From: Erysipelotrichaceae bacterium OH741_COT-311
GTDB lineage: Bacteria > Bacillota_I > Bacilli_A > Erysipelotrichales > Erysipelotrichaceae
DNA length: 32,000 bases
Reading direction: 5' to 3'
NCBI GenBank assembly: GCA_003858585.1
Contig: RQZE01000010.1
Coordinates: forward strand, 36,525-68,524
Below are positions 26,473 through 32,000 of this stretch, piece by piece. A model generated the notes under the pieces. It was given only the letters and a program-made list of their open reading frames with translations, ran no database searches and was not told where the DNA came from. A program made the position numbers and the translations under genes. Position 1 is the first letter of the stretch. Every line of letters begins with the position of its first letter.

Positions 26473-27282
26473 TTACAATTTAATATCTACAATGTGTTTA
26501 GGATTACGCTTCTCTTTCGGTGGTAGTTGATGATATGTTGGTGCAATCGCAACCGTTAAGTATTCATGTGCATTGTTTGCTACAGGAAGTTGAAGATGTT
26601 CAAACTCAACATACTTCACAGGATAGATATGTTCTTTTTTAAAGATAAACGGATTCCATGCACTCTTAAAAGTCCATGTTAAATCAAACCCAATATATTC
26701 ACTATCTTTATTTAACTTCCCATATAAACGCGCATTATTCACAAACCATTTCTTTAAAATGATTGGATTTAATCCAATATTTTCAATTAAAACAATCCAA
26801 GGCATTAAAAACTGATTTAATAATCGCAACGGCAAATCATATACTTTATTTTTATTGCAATAATCATAAACAAATACATCTACAAAAATACCATCACTAT
26901 CTTTACACTTATTTGATAGTAAAGAATTTGCTTCTTTAATATACGTATCTTTTTTACGAATTTTCATAGCGGGTATTAACACATTATATTCTTTATGCGT
27001 ATCAAAACATTGAAAAACATACTCTGACGATAAATCTTTTTTTAAAACATCGATAAATTTTACATAATCTTCATACATCATTGCAATATCTGCATCATCA
27101 TCCCAAGGGATAAATCCCTTATGACGAATAGCACCTAATGCAGAACCTCCATTTAGAAAATAAGGTATATGATGTTTTTTACATATTTTATCAATATCTT
27201 CCAACATCTTTAATAACACTTTATGAACATCATGCACATAAATTTCACTGCCATCTTCATTGACCTTCAACACATATTTCAT
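26473..27282 (-). CDS. LicD-family phosphotransferase
   Basis: Motif FLNGGSALGAIRHKGFIPWDDDADIAM, typical of LicD. 269 aa. Its stop lies 1 nt from the start of the downstream amidase-like gene. Confidence 0.85.
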   Translation of the reverse strand: MKYVLKVNEDGSEIYVHDVHKVLLKMLEDIDKICKKHHIPYFLNGGSALGAIRHKGFIPWDDDADIAMMYEDYVKFIDVLKKDLSSEYVFQCFDTHKEYNVLIPAMKIRKKDTYIKEANSLLSNKCKDSDGIFVDVFVYDYCNKNKVYDLPLRLLNQFLMPWIVLIENIGLNPIILKKWFVNNARLYGKLNKDSEYIGFDLTWTFKSAWNPFIFKKEHIYPVKYVEFEHLQLPVANNAHEYLTVAIAPTYHQLPPKEKRNPKHIVDIKL

Positions 27283-27295
27283 ACGTTTACCTTTC

Positions 27296-27325
27296 TAAAA
27301 ATAGGAAACACTCTGTGTTCCCTAT
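27296..27325 (-). terminator. Hairpin terminator after asnS
   Basis: On the minus strand: ATAGGGAACAC-aga-GTGTTTCCTAT (11 bp including one G-U pair), followed by TTTTTAG. The licD RBS begins a few nt later. Confidence 0.5.
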
Positions 27326-28704
27326 TAAAACATTAAATTACGTGGTGTACGTGCAAATGGAATCACATCACGAATATTTTGTATTCCTGTTAAATACATA
27401 ATGAAACGTTCAAACCCTAACCCAAAGCCTGCATGCTGACATCCACCATAGCGTCTTAAGTCTAAATACCATTGCAGACCTTCTTCATGCACATTCATCT
27501 CTTTCATACGTTGTTTTAGTACGTCCAAGCGTTCTTCACGTTGTGAACCACCAACCAATTCTCCAACATGCGGAACCAATAAATCACAAGCTGCAACCGT
27601 TTTATTATCATCATTTACACGCATATAAAACGCTTTAATATCTTTTGGATAATCCGTTAAGAAAACAGGACCCTTTACTACAACATCCGATATGTATTTT
27701 TCATGCTCTGTATTTAAGTCCATACCCCAAGATACTTTATTTTCAAACTTAACATCTGCCTTCAGTAAATGATCAATGGCTTCTGTATAAGTCATACGAA
27801 CAAACGGTGTATTTTTCACTAAGTTTAAACGATCCATGAGTCCTTTATCAATAAACTGATTAAAGAAATTCATTTCTTCAGGACAATTATCCATAATATA
27901 CTCAATACAATACTTCACCATATCTTCAATCAAATCCATATTATTCTCTAAATCAGCAAACGCAATTTCAGGCTCAATCATCCAAAACTCATTCGCATGT
28001 GTTGTTGTATTTGAATTTTCTGCTCTAAATGTTGGACCAAAGGTATAAACATCACGAAATGCTAAGGCAAAAGCTTCTGCTTGTAATTGTCCTGAAACAG
28101 TCAAACTTGCTTTTTTACCAAAGAAATCCTCTGCATAATTTGCATCTTGACGGTTGGTAACGGTAAATACCTCTCCTGCCCCTTCCGCATCATTACCTGT
28201 GATAATTGGTGTATTTACATACACAAAGCCTTGATCTTGAAAAAATTCATGAATAGCCATTGCCAAACTAGAACGAACACGAAACACTGCACTAAAGGTG
28301 TTTGTTCTTGGTCTTAAATGCGCAATCTCTCTTAAATACTCAAAACTATGACGTTTCTTTTGTAATGGATATTCACTTCCACAAGCTCCTTGCAGGATAA
28401 TCTCTGTCGCCTCTACTTCAAATGGCTGTTTTGCCTGAGGTGTTAGCTTAAACTTACCAACAACGGTAATCGCACACCCTGTAAGCATTTTTTCCACTTC
28501 TTCAAAATTACTTAATCGCTCACCACACACGACTTGTACATTCTTAAAATACGAACCATCATTTAATTCAATAAATCCAATCAAACCCATTTTACGATTT
28601 GTACGAATCCAACCATCTAAGGTAACATACTCAATCTGATCCAATTCAATTTGATTTTTTGAATAACAAAGTTCATATAATTCTCTTACTGTTGCAAATA
28701 ACAT
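27325..28704 (-). CDS. asnS: Asparagine--tRNA ligase
   Basis: Class II aaRS motifs [31 protein letters not shown] and [12 protein letters not shown], with an N-terminal OB anticodon-binding domain. Start ATG 28704 ([11 protein letters not shown]...) has GGAGA 5 nt upstream. Confidence 0.9.
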   Translation of the reverse strand: MLFATVRELYELCYSKNQIELDQIEYVTLDGWIRTNRKMGLIGFIELNDGSYFKNVQVVCGERLSNFEEVEKMLTGCAITVVGKFKLTPQAKQPFEVEATEIILQGACGSEYPLQKKRHSFEYLREIAHLRPRTNTFSAVFRVRSSLAMAIHEFFQDQGFVYVNTPIITGNDAEGAGEVFTVTNRQDANYAEDFFGKKASLTVSGQLQAEAFALAFRDVYTFGPTFRAENSNTTTHANEFWMIEPEIAFADLENNMDLIEDMVKYCIEYIMDNCPEEMNFFNQFIDKGLMDRLNLVKNTPFVRMTYTEAIDHLLKADVKFENKVSWGMDLNTEHEKYISDVVVKGPVFLTDYPKDIKAFYMRVNDDNKTVAACDLLVPHVGELVGGSQREERLDVLKQRMKEMNVHEEGLQWYLDLRRYGGCQHAGFGLGFERFIMYLTGIQNIRDVIPFARTPRNLMF

Positions 28705-28717
28705 ATTTATCTCCAAT

Positions 28718-29338
28718 CTATCTGCGTGCGTTTGTCTCAAACACTAATTCTTGTATTGTCGAAACAACGTCTACATTTCGCACCGATACATTCTTTGGAA
28801 CTTGAAAATGTTGATGCGTAAAATCGGCAATACCTTTAATACCACACTCAATTAATCGGTCAACTGTTTGCTGTACATCTTGTGAAACACAAACAATTGC
28901 AATACGACAACCCTTTGGCATATATTTACTCAAATCTTTAAAATCATAAACAGGAATATTTAAATTTGTAACTTGTTCCGGATTAATATCAAAGGCACAA
29001 ACAATCTCACCCACAACATTATCCCAGCGATTATAATTTAAAAGCGCTTTTCCCAAATTACCGGCTCCAACTAAAATAATCTTTTCATCAAAGCCCATAC
29101 CTAACTCTTCTGAAAATACTTCAATTAAACTCTCGACATCATATCCATACCCTTGTTTTCCTAAACTACCAATCAAAGAAAAATCACGACGAATCGTTGT
29201 TGGTTGGATATCTACATATTCCGCTAACTCTTTTGACATTATCTTTTCTACATTATTATCTTTCAGCTTTCTTAAAGCTTTTAAATAGATTGGATATCTT
29301 TGTAATGTCGCCTTTGGAACTGCTTTATTTTTTAACAT
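28718..29338 (-). CDS. rex: Redox-sensing transcriptional repressor Rex
   Basis: Winged-helix region [16 protein letters not shown] ... [22 protein letters not shown], then Rossmann motif [12 protein letters not shown]. Start ATG 29338 ([10 protein letters not shown]...) has a GGGGTGA RBS. Confidence 0.9.
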   Translation of the reverse strand: MLKNKAVPKATLQRYPIYLKALRKLKDNNVEKIMSKELAEYVDIQPTTIRRDFSLIGSLGKQGYGYDVESLIEVFSEELGMGFDEKIILVGAGNLGKALLNYNRWDNVVGEIVCAFDINPEQVTNLNIPVYDFKDLSKYMPKGCRIAIVCVSQDVQQTVDRLIECGIKGIADFTHQHFQVPKNVSVRNVDVVSTIQELVFETNARR

Positions 29339-29355
29339 ATATTTCACCCCATAAT

Positions 29356-29384
29356 ATTCTAGCACAATTTGTTAAATATGTGAA
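29356..29384 (-). promoter_or_regulatory. Candidate promoter for rex-asnS
   Basis: On the minus strand: TTCACA (29384-29379), 17-nt spacer, TGcTAGAAT (extended -10; hexamer 29361-29356). It sits directly after the tsaD stop. Confidence 0.5.
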
Positions 29385-29394
29385 TAATTTGTCA

Positions 29395-30405
29395 CTATGA
29401 ACTTTCGATATCAATCCAAGGATTTGCACCAATAGATAAATCCGCAAACAGACCTTTTTGATAAGCCATATACCCACTTACCCCTATCATTGCCGCATTA
29501 TCTGTACAACAACTTAATGGAGGTATCGTAAGCTTCACATTGGGGTAACTTTCCATTTTTTCTGTAATTAAACTACGTAAACGAGAATTGGCTGCTACTC
29601 CACCAGCTAATACAACATGCTTAGGTTTATATTGCTCTACCGCAAGCATAGTTTTATCCACCAACATATTTAACGCCACTTCTTGAAAACTGTAGGCGAT
29701 ATCTGCCTCTACAATTTCTTCCTTTTGCTTTTTCAAACGTTCCATTAATTGTAAAACGGAAGATTTTAAACCTGAAAATGAAAAATCATAAGCACCTTCT
29801 GTTTTTGGTGTTTTTAATGTATAATGTGGCTTCCCTTGTTTTGCTAAACGATCAATCTGTGGCCCTCCGGGATATGGAAGATGTAATAAACGGGCCACTT
29901 TATCATAAGCTTCTCCCACCGCATCATCTTGTGTGGTACCTAACACTTTAAACGACCAATCATCTTTCATAAAAACCAATTCGCTATGACCACCTGAAAC
30001 AACCAATGATAACAAAGGAAATTGAATATCATCAACAATTTTATTCGCATATATATGACCAACGATATGATGAATTGGAATCAGTGGTTTATCATACAGC
30101 CAAGCGATGGTCTTAGCTGCCATAACTCCAACATGTAAAGAGCCAATCAAACCAGGACCTACCGTAACGGCTATACCTGCGACTTCATCCATCGTGACTT
30201 CCGCTTTCTCTAAAGCCTCTTGAATAACAAGCGAGATATTTTCCACATGAATTCTAGAAGCTACTTCCGGAATTACTCCACCAAATTGACTATGTATATT
30301 AATCTGTGAAGAAACAATATTACTTAATACTTCTTTCCCATCTTTAATAACGGAACATGCTGTTTCATCACAACTTGTTTCAAGCGCTAAAATATAAACA
30401 CTCAT
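29395..30405 (-). CDS. tsaD: tRNA N6-adenosine threonylcarbamoyltransferase TsaD
   Basis: N-terminus ILALETSCDETACSVI, metal-binding HHIVGHIYA, and SGGVAANSRLR-like block GGVAANSRLRS. ATGA overlap with rimI. Confidence 0.95.
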   Translation of the reverse strand: MSVYILALETSCDETACSVIKDGKEVLSNIVSSQINIHSQFGGVIPEVASRIHVENISLVIQEALEKAEVTMDEVAGIAVTVGPGLIGSLHVGVMAAKTIAWLYDKPLIPIHHIVGHIYANKIVDDIQFPLLSLVVSGGHSELVFMKDDWSFKVLGTTQDDAVGEAYDKVARLLHLPYPGGPQIDRLAKQGKPHYTLKTPKTEGAYDFSFSGLKSSVLQLMERLKKQKEEIVEADIAYSFQEVALNMLVDKTMLAVEQYKPKHVVLAGGVAANSRLRSLITEKMESYPNVKLTIPPLSCCTDNAAMIGVSGYMAYQKGLFADLSIGANPWIDIESS

Positions 30406-30848
30406 GATAAACCTCCTATCGCCTTAACCATTAAGTAGGCATCTTCATAATTATCTTGATAATAATTCTTACGTATATTTACGATTTCAAACCCGTAGTT
30501 TTTATACAATTGGATTGCTTTAAAATTACTAATACGTACTTCTAAAGAAATAAACTCACATTCAACATCAATAGCCTTTTGAATCAAATCATCCATTAAG
30601 ACCTTGCTAAAACCTTTTCCTTGAAAAGAAGGCTTAATCCCAATCGTTGTAATTTGAGCTTGTTCATACAAAACCCATAAACCATAATAGCCTATGATTT
30701 CCCCTTCTACTTCATAAACAAATAGTTGAGCAAACTCATTACTCGTTATTTCTTGATAAAACATATCATAGGTCCAACAAGAAGAAAATAGCTGTTGTTC
30801 CAACTTTAAAACTACATCTAAATCTTCTACACACATTTTACGTATCAT
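30402..30848 (-). CDS. rimI: Ribosomal-protein-alanine N-acetyltransferase (GNAT)
   Basis: 148-aa GNAT with acetyl-CoA motif FQGKGFSKVLM. It occupies the conserved position between tsaB and tsaD. Confidence 0.85.
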   Translation of the reverse strand: MIRKMCVEDLDVVLKLEQQLFSSCWTYDMFYQEITSNEFAQLFVYEVEGEIIGYYGLWVLYEQAQITTIGIKPSFQGKGFSKVLMDDLIQKAIDVECEFISLEVRISNFKAIQLYKNYGFEIVNIRKNYYQDNYEDAYLMVKAIGGLS

Positions 30849-31438
30849 GATTTTATATATTCCTGATCACTTTTTAAATAAGAAGGAATTAATGTATGAA
30901 TAGAATCTACCTTTTCCCAATCCGCTTTCGTATTTAAAAAACATTCACTGATACATTCATATTGATCTTCCAATCCAAGTAAAGAAGCATCACCAACAAG
31001 ATGATAACTACGATCTAAGTTTAATTCATCAATCGTAGTGACATGTTCTTCTATTATTACTTTTCCTTGGTCATATAAAGCATGATAAATCCGATTACCT
31101 CTAGCATCCAACATGACATACGTATTTTTCATGTTATTTGCATATAACTTCAGCGTAGAAATCACATATAAATCTAGTCTCTTCATACTACACATAACCT
31201 TAGCTATCGTCAAAGCAATACGTAAACCCGTATATGAGCCTGGACCAATCGAAATACAAACACTATCAATTTCTTCTTTTTTAATTTTAGCATCTTGAAC
31301 TACTTTTAATATAACTGGAAAGACACTCTCAGATTGCTTTTTAAAGCACAACTCATCATAGCTAGCTAAAATTCTTTGATCTTTAATAATGGATACTGAT
31401 AAATATTTATGACTTGTATCTAAACACAGTGTAAGCAT
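30845..31438 (-). CDS. tsaB: tRNA t6A biosynthesis protein TsaB
   Basis: LCLDTS...ISIGPGSYTGLRIALTIAK motif. 197 aa. Located between tsaE and rimI. Confidence 0.9.
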   Translation of the reverse strand: MLTLCLDTSHKYLSVSIIKDQRILASYDELCFKKQSESVFPVILKVVQDAKIKKEEIDSVCISIGPGSYTGLRIALTIAKVMCSMKRLDLYVISTLKLYANNMKNTYVMLDARGNRIYHALYDQGKVIIEEHVTTIDELNLDRSYHLVGDASLLGLEDQYECISECFLNTKADWEKVDSIHTLIPSYLKSDQEYIKS

Positions 31439-31439
31439 A

Positions 31440-31886
31440 CTATAACTCCTTTAATAAATCATCATATTGTTCACCCATTGATGTTAGGGTAATTTCTCTT
31501 GTTTCATCATCAATATACGTTATTTCTATCTTTAATAATTCACTTGGAAGCAAATCCACTAAATGATTTGACCACTCAATTACAGAAAGTCCATCTTGAT
31601 TGATATATTCTTCAAACCCTAACTCATGACTAACTCCTTCAAGACGATACGCATCAAAATGATATAAATTTAAACGTCCCTTATATATTTTTAAAATCGT
31701 AAATGTCGGACTTGTTACTGTACTGTCAATACCTAATCCTTTTGCAATACCTTTGGTCAGTGTTGTTTTTCCTGCACCTAAATCCCCTTCCAAAATAAAA
31801 ACCATTTTATTTTTCGTAAGATGACCAAGTTTAATCCCTAGGGAAATCGTATCCTCATACGAATGCATTGTAAATTTTTTTATCAT
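31440..31886 (-). CDS. tsaE: tRNA t6A biosynthesis ATPase TsaE
   Basis: P-loop GDLGAGKTTLTKG, SPTFT motif and HFDAYRL. 148 aa. RBS GAGG 7 nt upstream. Confidence 0.9.
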   Translation of the reverse strand: MIKKFTMHSYEDTISLGIKLGHLTKNKMVFILEGDLGAGKTTLTKGIAKGLGIDSTVTSPTFTILKIYKGRLNLYHFDAYRLEGVSHELGFEEYINQDGLSVIEWSNHLVDLLPSELLKIEITYIDDETREITLTSMGEQYDDLLKEL

Positions 31887-31907
31887 ACTAAAACCTCAAT
31901 CTTAAAA

Positions 31908-31916
31908 ATTATACCA
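31908..31916 (-). promoter_or_regulatory. Extended -10 promoter element for the tsaE operon
   Basis: The minus strand reads TGGTATAAT (TGnTATAAT), 22-30 nt upstream of the tsaE ATG. Confidence 0.55.
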
Positions 31917-31920
31917 CATA

Positions 31921-31949
31921 AAATAAAAAAGATATCAAAAGATATCTTT
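31921..31949 (-). terminator. Hairpin terminator of the gene upstream of tsaE
   Basis: On the minus strand: AAAGATATC-tttt-GATATCTTT (9-bp, AT-rich stem), followed by TTTATTTT. Confidence 0.5.
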
Positions 31950-32000
31950 AAAGAAAACTTGGCAACGTGCTAGTTTCACTATCGCAAGGGATAGCTATAA
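31948..32000 (-). CDS. Possible 3' end of an unidentified CDS (or of an RNA) entering from the right edge
   Basis: One minus-strand frame is open to the window edge (...IAIPCDSETSTLPSFL, stop TAA 31950-31948) and the stop sits in the terminator stem. At 17 codons it cannot be told apart from non-coding sequence. Confidence 0.25.
   Translation of the reverse strand, partial: IAIPCDSETSTLPSFL

Noticed and set aside
109-29365. Longer N-terminal extensions given by the ORF track for several genes (starts at 765, 1692, 3243, 8256, 12504, 13732, 23283, 28740 and 29365)
   Set aside because: In each case an internal ATG is preceded at 5-9 nt by a clear Shine-Dalgarno sequence and gives the N-terminus typical of the family. 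The upstream extension lacks an RBS or overlaps the preceding gene or terminator.
29379-29394. Possible Rex operator (TGTGAATAATTTGTCA) overlapping the -35 of the rex promoter, which would suggest autoregulation
   Set aside because: Only one half-site (TGTGAA) is good. The second is 4/6 at canonical spacing, or else displaced by 2 nt. TTCACA is also simply a reasonable -35 hexamer. This is not enough to call.
1-32000. Alternative genetic code (TGA=Trp, Mollicutes-like), considered because of the low G+C and the enlarged OppA/OppB
   Set aside because: All conserved genes are full length under the standard code. TGA also functions as a stop, for example at the rimI stop in the ATGA overlap at 30402-30405 and the amidase-like gene stop at 25182-25184.
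1-32000. Mobile elements, CRISPR arrays, defence systems and toxin-antitoxin pairs
   Set aside because: I saw no transposase, integrase or recombinase-like ORF, no long direct or inverted repeats flanking a block, no spaced repeat array, and no small two-gene cassette of the TA type. Every ORF above about 95 aa has a housekeeping or transport assignment, or is a single hypothetical.

Overview
This is an AT-rich segment (roughly one-third G+C by eye, not computed) that uses the standard genetic code: TGA acts as a stop, for example in the rimI/tsaD ATGA overlap. The gene content looks like a low-GC Firmicutes-type chromosome, possibly Erysipelotrichia/Clostridia-like, but the taxon is inference only. 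I support 33 complete CDSs plus 2 edge fragments, and 31 of the 33 lie on the minus strand.

Reading the minus strand from high to low coordinates:
- tsaE-tsaB-rimI-tsaD (t6A operon), then rex, asnS, and licD-family / amidase_3-like / ABC-F genes.
- A PPi-type phosphofructokinase with its own promoter.
- oppABCDF with a strong promoter and an oppA-oppB hairpin.
- A small plus-strand membrane ORF.
- Mannose-family PTS IIB-IIC-IID (set 2).
- A nine-gene V-type ATPase operon.
- A plus-strand AraC-family regulator.
- Mannose-family PTS IIB-IIC-IID (set 1).
- A membrane-anchored hypothetical protein.

I found no rRNA, tRNA, CRISPR array, transposase, integrase, phage gene or toxin-antitoxin pair. 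I see no convincing evidence for a wholly new system; the window reads as core metabolism and housekeeping.

The most unusual points are:
- The V-ATPase operon is bracketed by two paralogous PTS operons that both lack IIA, next to an AraC regulator with an extra N-terminal domain.
- The V-ATPase c subunit carries a non-homologous two-helix N-terminal extension ending in an AxA motif.
- OppB has a roughly 240-residue extracytoplasmic loop with six cysteines.
- The amidase_3-like protein has Gln where the second zinc-ligand His is expected.
- Several terminators abut the next gene's ribosome-binding site.

All family assignments come from motif recognition by eye. No database search was run.
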